Shown here: piece after piece, positions 8,136 to 16,229 of the stretch
How positions within the stretch are numbered: the stretch's first letter is position 1
Layout: every line of letters starts with the position of its first letter
Source of the DNA: Escherichia phage vB_EcoM_PhAPEC2
Strand: one strand, 5' to 3'
DNA: 64,000 bases
Sequence record: NC_024794.1
Program-made: the position numbers and the translations under genes
The notes under the pieces: generated by a model
Told to the model about the DNA's origin: nothing
Databases searched by the model: none
The model's input: the letters and a program-made list of their open reading frames with translations, nothing else

Positions 8136-8699
8136 TTATTTACCTAGTTTAGTTATTATAGCTTCGGCAGCAGCTTTTAGCTTAGATGCAGTGTTAATAC
8201 GATTTTTAATTTCAGTATACGCATCGCCAAGAACATCAAGGCTATCAGAATAAACACTTACACTATTGCGTTCGCTATTTGAAATAGAACCTTTAGTTTT
8301 ACGATCAAAATCAGTGTACACGTCTTGAAGATCACGGGCTGCCTTCTTTGCATCATCCAATGCGTCAAGAGCTTTATTCAAAGCATTGACATATTTTTTA
8401 GTGTCAAACATATTCTTAGAAATTTTAACAGGTGCACGTTCAGGAGTAGCTAAGGCGGATTTAGGAACCTGCGTGCCAGATGCCAGTTTCTTAGAAATTT
8501 TGAAAAACGCTTTATTGAAACTATTTTCTTGACTCATCGTAAAAGAACTAGTATCGATGTTATACATTTCAATAGCTTTAGCTTTCCACTTAAGAAAATC
8601 GCCACGGTCTTTTGGATCCAAGTGGAAGAATACTTTAGTAAGATCTGCTTCAGATGGTAATTTTGCTGCTTCGGTTAAAAATTCGGCATAGGTTTTCAT
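8136..8699 (-). CDS. Internal-protein-like (capsid-targeted) protein, 187 aa
   Basis: N-terminus MKTYAEFLTE|A matches the IP capsid-targeting sequence and gp21 L-x-E cleavage pattern; followed by a rho-independent terminator. Confidence 0.6.
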   Translation of the reverse strand: MKTYAEFLTEAAKLPSEADLTKVFFHLDPKDRGDFLKWKAKAIEMYNIDTSSFTMSQENSFNKAFFKISKKLASGTQVPKSALATPERAPVKISKNMFDTKKYVNALNKALDALDDAKKAARDLQDVYTDFDRKTKGSISNSERNSVSVYSDSLDVLGDAYTEIKNRINTASKLKAAAEAIITKLGK

Positions 8700-8789
8700 T
8701 TAAAATCCTTGAAATAATTTATCGGTTTGTTATTAATTATTTATTACTTTGGTATTATCAGTAACAGCATTCTCCGAGTGAGTCAAACT

Positions 8790-8816
8790 AAAAAGCCCCA
8801 ACCTTTCGGAAGGGGC
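8790..8816 (-). terminator. Rho-independent terminator after ip-like gene
   Basis: GCCCC...GGGGC hairpin followed by a U-run; same element as 9332-9363. Confidence 0.6.
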
Positions 8817-8822
8817 ATTCTA

Positions 8823-9287
8823 TTATTTAATTTGTTTAGCAGACCAGATACGGTCTTTAATAAGTTTTTGGATATCTTCAACATACTCAAGGCTATGAGC
8901 GTGAGGATTATCTTTGAAGCTATGTGCTCGTGCCAGTTTCTGGCCTTCTGTTTTGATTACTAAAAGCTCTTTAAGAATTGCTTCATACTTAGAAATAATT
9001 CCTTTGGCGATATTTTTTTCTTGAGCGGCTTTAGGGTCCGCTTTTGGCACAGGTGCTTTACCTGTAGCTTTCTGGAACAATTCACCTGATGCAGCTAGGC
9101 TTTTAAAAACTCGGCTAACAGTATTAGCATTAGTAAAACCTTCGGCTTTAAAATCTCTAATAAAACGGAAACGTTCTTCATCAGAGGCGTCTTTGTAAGA
9201 ATATTTACCTGCTTGAATTGCTGCAATCGCAGCGGCTTTTACATCTGAACTAGATTGTTCAGTCAAAAATTCAGCGTATGATTTCAT
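8823..9287 (-). CDS. Internal-protein-like (capsid-targeted) protein, 154 aa
   Basis: N-terminus MKSYAEFLTE|Q; same terminator hairpin downstream as the neighbouring ip-like gene. Confidence 0.6.
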   Translation of the reverse strand: MKSYAEFLTEQSSSDVKAAAIAAIQAGKYSYKDASDEERFRFIRDFKAEGFTNANTVSRVFKSLAASGELFQKATGKAPVPKADPKAAQEKNIAKGIISKYEAILKELLVIKTEGQKLARAHSFKDNPHAHSLEYVEDIQKLIKDRIWSAKQIK

Positions 9288-9331
9288 GTTGCTTTTCCTA
9301 AGTTAATTAACTTATCTATTTATTATTATGC

Positions 9332-9363
9332 CAAAAAAAAAGCCCCAACCTTTCGGAAGGGGC
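9332..9363 (-). terminator. Rho-independent terminator closing the tRNA/small-RNA transcription unit
   Basis: Same hairpin as 8790-8816 followed by nine U. Confidence 0.65.
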
Positions 9364-9365
9364 TA

Positions 9366-9520
9366 TGCCTTGCGGCAACCTTGTCGGGGTTCCACCTGCT
9401 AAGGCAAGTGTTTGTACGAAACGCCGGGATTCGAACCCGGTTATTAAGTAGTTGACGCTACTCAATATTTTTAAAAGGCCATATCTCGACCATATCCGAA
9501 CGTTCCGTCAAAAACGCTAC
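9366..9520 (-). ncRNA. tRNA-like structured RNA (T4 rnaC/rnaD-like?)
   Basis: Canonical T-arm CCGGGTTCGAATCCCGG (plus 9424-9440) and a 7-bp acceptor-like pairing (CGGAACG/CGTTTCG), but no canonical D or anticodon arm; 310-nt ORF-free interval ending in the terminator at 9332-9363. Confidence 0.3.
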
Positions 9521-9675
9521 TCGGCTTACGGCAAAGATATTTCCTCGAATCGATAATTCGGTGCGCCGTTTCTGCTGTGATGTAAGGGGATATTAACAAA
9601 TCGTAAAGATTTATTAAGACCAGTCCTTACTCAGGGAACATCAGTCCGACGACTTACCGGTAGCGACCCGGCTTC

Positions 9676-10020
9676 TTATTTTGACATATCATCAATTTGC
9701 TCTCGACGCCGACGCCATAGATTAATCACTTCATTACCACATTCGGCGTTTGGTATATGACGGCAATAATATAATGATTCGCGTTTCTGGAACCGATGTT
9801 GCAATGGGATTTCGTTTAAAAGGTCTTTACGGTCAAAGTATTCAAAACTAGTTAACCCAGAACGATTTTTAATGAACTTCCAATGTCCAAATTCATTTTG
9901 AACATAGATGTAATCGGCATGCTGATACAACGAATTAATCAATCGGTCTGAAATAACTGTATCATGTTCGTTAAAATAAAACGTTAAATCATGAACTACT
10001 AAGTAAACATTACCTTTCAT
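9676..10020 (-). CDS. Hypothetical protein (114 aa) in the tRNA region
   Basis: ORF with a GAGGAAA Shine-Dalgarno, 20 nt downstream of the tRNA-Arg 3' end. Confidence 0.5.
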   Translation of the reverse strand: MKGNVYLVVHDLTFYFNEHDTVISDRLINSLYQHADYIYVQNEFGHWKFIKNRSGLTSFEYFDRKDLLNEIPLQHRFQKRESLYYCRHIPNAECGNEVINLWRRRREQIDDMSK

Positions 10021-10039
10021 ATTTTCCTCACTTATTAAA

Positions 10040-10115
10040 TGGTCGAGACAGTAGGGATCGAACCTACGACCTAGGACTTAGAAGGTCCTTGCTCTTCCTT
10101 CTGAGCTATGCCTCG
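10040..10115 (-). tRNA. tRNA-Arg (anticodon TCT)
   Basis: Hand-folded cloverleaf: acceptor CGAGGCA/TGTCTCG, anticodon loop CTTCTAA, T-arm GTAGGTTCGATCCCTAC, CCA encoded. Confidence 0.8.
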
Positions 10116-10119
10116 TATT

Positions 10120-10194
10120 TGGCGGACGTGCATGGATTCGAACCATGGGCCAATTGATTAACAGTCAACTGCTCTACCACTGAGCTACACATCC
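10120..10194 (-). tRNA. tRNA-Asn (anticodon GTT)
   Basis: Acceptor GGATGTG/CACGTCC, D-arm GCTCAGTGGTAGAGC, anticodon loop CTGTTAA, T-arm CATGGTTCGAATCCATG, CCA encoded. Confidence 0.75.
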
Positions 10195-10198
10195 AAAT

Positions 10199-10273
10199 TG
10201 GTGGCCCTGGCTGGTTTCGATCCAGCTACCTATCAGTTATGAGCTGACAGCTCTCCCATTGAGCTACAGGGCC
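10199..10273 (-). tRNA. tRNA with anticodon CAT (Met, or Ile if lysidine-modified)
   Basis: Perfect acceptor GGCCCTG/CAGGGCC, anticodon loop CTCATAA, CCA encoded. Confidence 0.7.
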
Positions 10274-10335
10274 TAAATAACTTTCTATTATGAAAGGCAC
10301 TTTAGAGCACCTTTGGTAATAGAGGGTATGAATTA

Positions 10336-10362
10336 ATAATAACACATAATTCTTAAAGCAAA
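10336..10362 (-). promoter_or_regulatory. Putative T4-type middle promoter for the tRNA cluster
   Basis: Minus strand reads MotA box TTGCTTTA, 12-bp spacer, TATTAT; about 60 nt upstream of the tRNA cluster. Confidence 0.4.
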
Positions 10363-10868
10363 TCAATCATTTTAACAGTCGGCAAAACGATTTCTTCTTC
10401 AATATAAGCAAATTCGACACGTTCAACTACACGCAAGAAATCATAATCATAATATTCAGAAGCATGGCCAAGAATATCAGTGAGACCTTCTGATACCAAA
10501 TATCCGTTCTCACGGAACAGGTCAAATACACGTGATTCGTCTTCTTCAGATTTATTGCCGAGGTCGACTTCAATATCAAAGACCTTTTTAATGAATTCTG
10601 GATAAAGCTGGTCTGAGAACAGTCCTTCAACCAAGTATTCATAGATTAAAAGCGAGCAATCACTGAATAGTGTATTACCACAGTAACGTTCAGCTTTAGT
10701 GCTGGAATGACGACTCTTAAATTTCTTCAAGAGATATTTAAACTGCTGGAGCTCATGCTCTTCCACACCAAATAATGTTTTGGTTTTATAGTTGTCACCA
10801 TCATTTTCGTAGGTAGTGACATCAATTACGTAGCCCTTAGGAATTGTACTGCCTAAACAAATATTCAT
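10353..10868 (-). CDS. Hypothetical early protein (171 aa)
   Basis: ORF in a coupled operon. Confidence 0.5.
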   Translation of the reverse strand: MNICLGSTIPKGYVIDVTTYENDGDNYKTKTLFGVEEHELQQFKYLLKKFKSRHSSTKAERYCGNTLFSDCSLLIYEYLVEGLFSDQLYPEFIKKVFDIEVDLGNKSEEDESRVFDLFRENGYLVSEGLTDILGHASEYYDYDFLRVVERVEFAYIEEEIVLPTVKMIDLL

Positions 10869-10872
10869 TTAC

Positions 10873-11163
10873 TCACCGTACCATATTAATGTAATTATAT
10901 TCAATGCAACGTAATTTCAAAGGATTCTTGAAAATATCATATTCAAGAGGGCCTTTTTCTGTTTCAATAAAGAAATCAAAGTTAACTGTGTTAAATTTAT
11001 CATCTTCACAGAGTAATTTAACTTGCGAAGATGAACGGTCGATATAAACCTTTTCAACCTCAAAGTTAGTCAGAATACCATAGTCATTAACTAGTGCTTT
11101 AGCTGCACGTTGATCGCTTTCATATCCATTCTCGACAGATTTTACTTTAGCATAAAGAATCAT
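10873..11163 (-). CDS. Hypothetical early protein (96 aa)
   Basis: ORF; start overlaps the upstream stop (ATGA). Confidence 0.45.
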   Translation of the reverse strand: MILYAKVKSVENGYESDQRAAKALVNDYGILTNFEVEKVYIDRSSSQVKLLCEDDKFNTVNFDFFIETEKGPLEYDIFKNPLKLRCIEYNYINMVR

Positions 11164-11540
11164 GAGTGTTCCACCACTTCAAAGGTATGAGCATCAACAA
11201 TATGATACCAGTCAAAATTTTCTTCTGCGTTTTTATAAATTTCGCGAAGAGCCTCAACAGTTTTTCCTGTAGCAACAAGGTCGTCAATACCACCAAGAGG
11301 ATAACAGTCATAACCAGCAAACAGAAGGAAATTAATAGTTTCTGTAGGTTCTGGATGCAGAACTCCGTTATCGTCTACCACTTCAAAGAAAGTGTAAGAA
11401 GGAGTACAAGTTTTAATCCAGGCCCATGCTTGAGCCGCTGAATCAAATGGTCTGCGTATCAAACGACAATCAGGGTCTTTAGAAGGATTTGCTTCAAAAT
11501 CCGCATATACATGATATTTCATTTTACTCACCTTTTGCAA
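11160..11540 (-). CDS. Hypothetical early protein (about 120 aa)
   Basis: ORF; two alternative ATG starts (MQKVSK / MKYHVY). Confidence 0.45.
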   Translation of the reverse strand: MQKVSKMKYHVYADFEANPSKDPDCRLIRRPFDSAAQAWAWIKTCTPSYTFFEVVDDNGVLHPEPTETINFLLFAGYDCYPLGGIDDLVATGKTVEALREIYKNAEENFDWYHIVDAHTFEVVEHS

Positions 11541-11730
11541 TTTTATCCATAACGATAGCGATTAAGCCGATTAGAAATGCTACTACCAATGAGATAGAGT
11601 TTTCAGTTGTTGTCAGTAGTCCACAAATGAATCCTACAAACATCGAAAAACTAAAAGCCATTGAAGCAATTACTACAGCAACATTACGAATCAGTTCAGC
11701 GCGTTTCATTTTATTTCTCCATTTACTCAT
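11524..11730 (-). CDS. Small membrane protein (62-68 aa)
   Basis: Two hydrophobic segments; the likely start is the second ATG (MKRAEL, GGAG Shine-Dalgarno); early promoter cassette 11747-11775 upstream. Confidence 0.45.
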   Translation of the reverse strand: MSKWRNKMKRAELIRNVAVVIASMAFSFSMFVGFICGLLTTTENSISLVVAFLIGLIAIVMDKIAKGE

Positions 11731-11746
11731 TTGTTTTGATAGGACT

Positions 11747-11775
11747 ACTATAACATAGTCCTATCGTGTTGTAAA
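11747..11775 (-). promoter_or_regulatory. Early promoter cassette (PeSL-like)
   Basis: Third copy of the TAGGACTA palindrome cassette: TTTACA, 17 bp, TATAGT. Confidence 0.6.
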
Positions 11776-11779
11776 CTAC

Positions 11780-12067
11780 TTACAGAAGAGTTTTTGCAAT
11801 AATTTTAAGCTGAGCTACAGAAATATGCTTAGCTTTAAACAGTGCGGTCTCTTCAGCCGGAGAGATAACAATAGTAGCGCCGTCTTTCTTAGCAGACCAT
11901 CCGTCCCCTAAGTAAACAGTACCTTTTACTTCTTCACCGTCAACCAGACTAATCATTGGTTTACCCTCACGTCCTTTATTTGTTTTAATAACTTCAGAAG
12001 TAAGGGATGCTTCGGTCAGAGTAGAAACGTTAGCAACAGGTGATATAAATTCTTTATAGGTTTTCAT
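11780..12067 (-). CDS. Internal protein I-like (capsid-targeted), 95 aa
   Basis: N-terminus MKTYKEFIS... with LTE at residues 17-19; same size and position as T4 ipI next to 57B; own early promoter at 12102-12130. Confidence 0.6.
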   Translation of the reverse strand: MKTYKEFISPVANVSTLTEASLTSEVIKTNKGREGKPMISLVDGEEVKGTVYLGDGWSAKKDGATIVISPAEETALFKAKHISVAQLKIIAKTLL

Positions 12068-12101
12068 TTTATTTCCTTGAGGCTGTTTATTTGATAGGAT
12101 G

Positions 12102-12130
12102 ATAGTATCACACCATCATCCTTATGTAAA
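12102..12130 (-). promoter_or_regulatory. Early promoter cassette upstream of ipI-like gene
   Basis: Minus strand: TTTACA, 17 bp, TGaTACTAT, with inverted repeat AGGATGAT/ATCATCCT. Confidence 0.55.
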
Positions 12131-12144
12131 CTGTTTTGTGAAAA

Positions 12145-12830
<686 letters not shown>

Positions 12831-12834
12831 TTTA

Positions 12835-13569
12835 TTACCTTAAGATTTTTTCAATTTTAGAATAAAGCTCTTCTAAAGAGCCGTCGTTTGTAATAACTAA
12901 ATCGCCTTCTTCAATAGGCAACCCAGCTTCTGTAATATGTTTATCAGTGGATTCCGTACCAGAGCGAACCACATGAATAACTGTAGCACCCATCGCTCTA
13001 GCGGTTTCCATTTCATGGACTTGGCGTGTATCGGTCACAACGTAGTAATCGAAATCACTTCCAATATAATCCATATAGTTTAATGCAAAAAGCTTAACCC
13101 AATACATACGGTCAAATAAATTAACGACAACATCCGTACCGAGGGCTTGCATAAGACGGCGGATTGACCATGTGTCGTTGATATTATTTATAGCTTCACG
13201 CAGGGCTTCGTACGGTTTAATATCTAGATATGAATATCCACCTTCTAGTGATGATAATACGTTAACACCGTTAATTGGCAGGTATTGTCGTTGTAAATAA
13301 ATTAGCGTTTCTTCCATTAATTCAATAACATCCAATTTATTGAGATTTAATGGTGTTTCACGGTCGTATCCAATGCCTTCAAAGTATTCATATTTCAACT
13401 CGGTGAATACATCCGGGTTTTCGGCATGTTTACGCTCCCAAGCTATTGCTAGAGCGTCTTTAATTGGATATGCTAATTGATATTTTATGGATTTAAAGTT
13501 TGAATTGATGTAATCAGCAGTAGTGTCTTTACCACTACGTTTGATGCCGCTTAAAAAGATTAGCTCCAT
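12835..13569 (-). CDS. 1: dNMP kinase
   Basis: MELIFLSGIKRSGKDTTADY... P-loop; near-identical to T4 gp1. Confidence 0.95.
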   Translation of the reverse strand: MELIFLSGIKRSGKDTTADYINSNFKSIKYQLAYPIKDALAIAWERKHAENPDVFTELKYEYFEGIGYDRETPLNLNKLDVIELMEETLIYLQRQYLPINGVNVLSSLEGGYSYLDIKPYEALREAINNINDTWSIRRLMQALGTDVVVNLFDRMYWVKLFALNYMDYIGSDFDYYVVTDTRQVHEMETARAMGATVIHVVRSGTESTDKHITEAGLPIEEGDLVITNDGSLEELYSKIEKILR

Positions 13570-13623
13570 AGGTTTTTCCTCATATAATTTATGAACGATT
13601 ATAACATATGGAGCTAGAAGCGA

Positions 13624-14214
13624 TTAGCGCAAGGAAGGGTGTCTAGAAATGGATTTAGATTCGACTGCTTGACGTGGTTGTTGAGATACAATGACTTCGC
13701 CATCTTTTTCTATCGTCATATACGCGTAGTGAATAGTTGCTACGCACGTAACGGCAGGGTCAGAGTCTTCAGTGTAACTAAATTCAATTTCACTCAAATC
13801 AGAAATCCATGGTTTATAGAAATTTGCCGTCAAAACTACTTCTGTCTTATTGTTGTTTAAAATGTGCAAAGTAACAAACTCAGGACCATCGGAGTGGGCC
13901 GTATTATGTCCGGTTATATAGTTATTAGTGCTGAGCATCCATTTATACATGTTCATCCAGGACGTCATGTCTTCATCAACTATAAATCGTACAACAAAAG
14001 GGTCATATTCAAATGTGGTGCCTGCACGCATTGCACGTCCTAACCCCATTGTGCCTGTCACAGTTTCAACAACAGGAATTCTCACACCTGGCAATGGTGC
14101 CGTTTGGGCATTGAGCACAAAACCTGAAGTTCGTGTACTATCCGGGATATCCACAACAAAGTTTGTTATATTTGTTTGGTTAAAAATCTGTCTCGTTGGA
14201 CGAGTCATAAGCAC
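13624..14214 (-). CDS. 3: Tail completion / sheath stabiliser gp3
   Basis: Position between genes 1 and 2 and size; GAGGTG Shine-Dalgarno; exact start (14214 or 14208) uncertain. Confidence 0.75.
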   Translation of the reverse strand: MLMTRPTRQIFNQTNITNFVVDIPDSTRTSGFVLNAQTAPLPGVRIPVVETVTGTMGLGRAMRAGTTFEYDPFVVRFIVDEDMTSWMNMYKWMLSTNNYITGHNTAHSDGPEFVTLHILNNNKTEVVLTANFYKPWISDLSEIEFSYTEDSDPAVTCVATIHYAYMTIEKDGEVIVSQQPRQAVESKSISRHPSLR

Positions 14215-14318
14215 CTCAAAAACGCTTTAATAAAAATGCAGTATAATGGTTTTAGGTCTCTTCCATTAATCCGGTTCAACAGAATATCAGAATATCAGAC
14301 GAACGGAAGAGAATAGAA

Positions 14319-15140
14319 TTAAGATTTCCAAACAGTATTCGCAGAGAAACGTTTTCCTTTTGACATAAATTGCTGAGTAGGTAACATGATTATGTTAGCC
14401 CAGTCTTTAGGAGCTATTTCTGTTATTGTTCCTCTAATGTGGCCTGGCAGGTATGCTTTAATCATTTTGTCAGCACCTTGAAATCCTTTCACCTTGCTCC
14501 AGTCTATCTTCAACTTTGTGTTATTAGTAATAGTAGTTGTGCTAGCATATTGCTTCAGCAATTCTTCAAGAAACTGTTGACGTGCTTTAGGTGGGATATA
14601 GTGCAAGTTTAGCCCATACATCAAATTATGTTTACCTAATCCTAAATAAATAATCAAAGGATATCGGTCCCAATATGGCAGAGTATCTTTATGTTTAGCA
14701 TCATACACGTAAGTATAAATTTTGCCTGGCGTAGGCTTAACTACTTTATGACCTTTTACACTTTTCTTAATTGTTTCAACAAACCACTTAGATGATTTGT
14801 TGTTTACTGCTGCGCCTTCATTTCTAATCTTTTCTCGTATTGAACTGCGAAACGAGTTTATCATCAGAAGTTGACGTTCTTGCTTATTGAGTTTATTTTT
14901 AGGTTTAGATTCAAGCGTTTCAATTTTCTGTGCAGTCTTAATAGATGATGCATATCTAGACATTGCAGATGTAAACGATGAGTATTTTATTCCTTTTGAT
15001 TCTGCAAATGCTTTTGCAGTGATTCCTTTCTCTTTAGCTTTCTTGTATTCTAATCCTATCTCAATCCATTTTCTTTCATTTATAGACTGAGCAATCTTAG
15101 GGGCTTGTACGCCTTCAGATATAATTTGGAATATGCTCAT
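14319..15140 (-). CDS. 2: DNA end-protector gp2
   Basis: 273 aa, basic; T4 order 3-2-4. Confidence 0.8.
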   Translation of the reverse strand: MSIFQIISEGVQAPKIAQSINERKWIEIGLEYKKAKEKGITAKAFAESKGIKYSSFTSAMSRYASSIKTAQKIETLESKPKNKLNKQERQLLMINSFRSSIREKIRNEGAAVNNKSSKWFVETIKKSVKGHKVVKPTPGKIYTYVYDAKHKDTLPYWDRYPLIIYLGLGKHNLMYGLNLHYIPPKARQQFLEELLKQYASTTTITNNTKLKIDWSKVKGFQGADKMIKAYLPGHIRGTITEIAPKDWANIIMLPTQQFMSKGKRFSANTVWKS

Positions 15141-15142
15141 AA

Positions 15143-15592
15143 TTACCCCTTGTATCCGAGTTTCCTAAGTCCGTCTTCGGTTAGAACTCGAAATTTTATA
15201 TTTCTCTTTTCAGCAACAGCTGAGGCAGCTTTCCATTTGTCACAGTTCACAGACCAGGTATATATTTCATTCATATAACGTTTCTTTGCTGCAGTCGTAA
15301 GATTTGCAGGCTTAATAGGCGGCTGAGTTTCTTTCTTTGGTTTTATTTCTACAAAGAACTCTTGACCTGATGCATCTTTCATCCATATATCCATAAAGTA
15401 TCTACGTTTTTTACCTTCTGCGTTACAGAAATATGGAATTACTGCTGTTTCGCTGCCCCATGCAATAATTTCTGGATTTTTATCTAACCATTCGAAAAAG
15501 AATTTTTCCCAGTTTGAACGATACGTTATTTTGGTATGGTCTCCACGGTATTTTTTTAAATTTTTTGGGACCCATTTACCAGAGTAGGCCAT
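15143..15592 (-). CDS. 4: Head completion protein gp4
   Basis: [18 protein letters not shown]... matches the T4 gp4 N-terminus (150 aa); the longer track ORF overlapping gp53 is rejected. Confidence 0.9.
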   Translation of the reverse strand: MAYSGKWVPKNLKKYRGDHTKITYRSNWEKFFFEWLDKNPEIIAWGSETAVIPYFCNAEGKKRRYFMDIWMKDASGQEFFVEIKPKKETQPPIKPANLTTAAKKRYMNEIYTWSVNCDKWKAASAVAEKRNIKFRVLTEDGLRKLGYKG

Positions 15593-15603
15593 GTTGTCCT
15601 CCT

Positions 15604-15611
15604 TATAAATA
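15604..15611 (+). promoter_or_regulatory. Late promoter (TATAAATA) for gp53 and downstream
   Basis: Exact T4 late consensus 43 nt upstream of the gp53 ATG; divergent from the gp4 promoter. Confidence 0.6.
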
Positions 15612-15616
15612 GTATT

Positions 15617-15624
15617 ATTATTTA
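15617..15624 (-). promoter_or_regulatory. Late promoter (TATAAATA) for gp4
   Basis: Minus strand reads TATAAATA about 25 nt upstream of the gp4 ATG. Confidence 0.6.
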
Positions 15625-15653
15625 TACCAATTTCATATTGGAAGGAGACTATC

Positions 15654-16229
15654 TTGTTATTTACATTCTTCGACCCAATAGGATATAGTGCTAAAACCAT
15701 TAATAAGAATGCACCTACTATTCCTATGACAGACATATTTCGTAACTATAAAGAGTACTTTAAGCGTGTTGCTGCCAATTATAGATTACGTTCTTATTAT
15801 ATTAAAGGCTCTCCGCGTCCTGAAGAACTAGCAAACATAATTTATGGAAACCCTCAATTATACTGGGTCCTTTTGATGTGTAATGATAACTATGATCCGT
15901 ATTATGGTTGGATTACATCTCAGGAAGCAGCATATCAAGCTTCTATTCAGAAATATGCAAATGCCGGCGGAGACCAAATTCTTTATCATATTAACGAAAA
16001 ACGCGAGAAATTTTATAACTTAGTTTCATATCCAGATGAGCCATTAGTATGGTATGATAAAGGCGATAAAGCTCGTAAGTATCCACAATATAAAGGACCT
16101 TTAGCTGCAGTAGATACTTATGAAGCGGCAGTATTAGATAATGAAAAACTTCGTAAAATAAAAATTGTTGCAAAAGAAGATATAAACTCGTTTATCACAG
16201 ATTTGATTCGTGAGATGGAGATTGCATAA
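15654..16229 (+). CDS. 53: Baseplate wedge protein gp53
   Basis: MLFTFFDPIGYSAKTINKNAPTIPMTDIFRNYK... near-identical to T4 gp53. Confidence 0.95.
   Translation: MLFTFFDPIGYSAKTINKNAPTIPMTDIFRNYKEYFKRVAANYRLRSYYIKGSPRPEELANIIYGNPQLYWVLLMCNDNYDPYYGWITSQEAAYQASIQKYANAGGDQILYHINEKREKFYNLVSYPDEPLVWYDKGDKARKYPQYKGPLAAVDTYEAAVLDNEKLRKIKIVAKEDINSFITDLIREMEIA

Noticed and set aside
9400-9510. Fourth canonical tRNA (type II, Ser/Leu-like) around the T-arm at 9424-9440
   Set aside because: A 92-nt acceptor-to-acceptor fold is possible, but the D-arm and anticodon arm cannot be made canonical; kept as a tRNA-like ncRNA instead.
2895-12130. Dispersed near-identical repeats as a possible CRISPR array
   Set aside because: The repeats are irregularly spaced (hundreds to thousands of bp), contain -35/-10 promoter boxes and precede ORFs; no short regular spacer-repeat structure or cas genes.
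15143-15736. 197-aa form of gp4 with a hydrophobic N-terminal extension overlapping gp53
   Set aside because: The internal ATG at 15592 gives a 150-aa product matching the T4 gp4 N-terminus ([11 protein letters not shown]...), and late promoter motifs lie between 15604 and 15624; the extension is an ORF-calling artefact.
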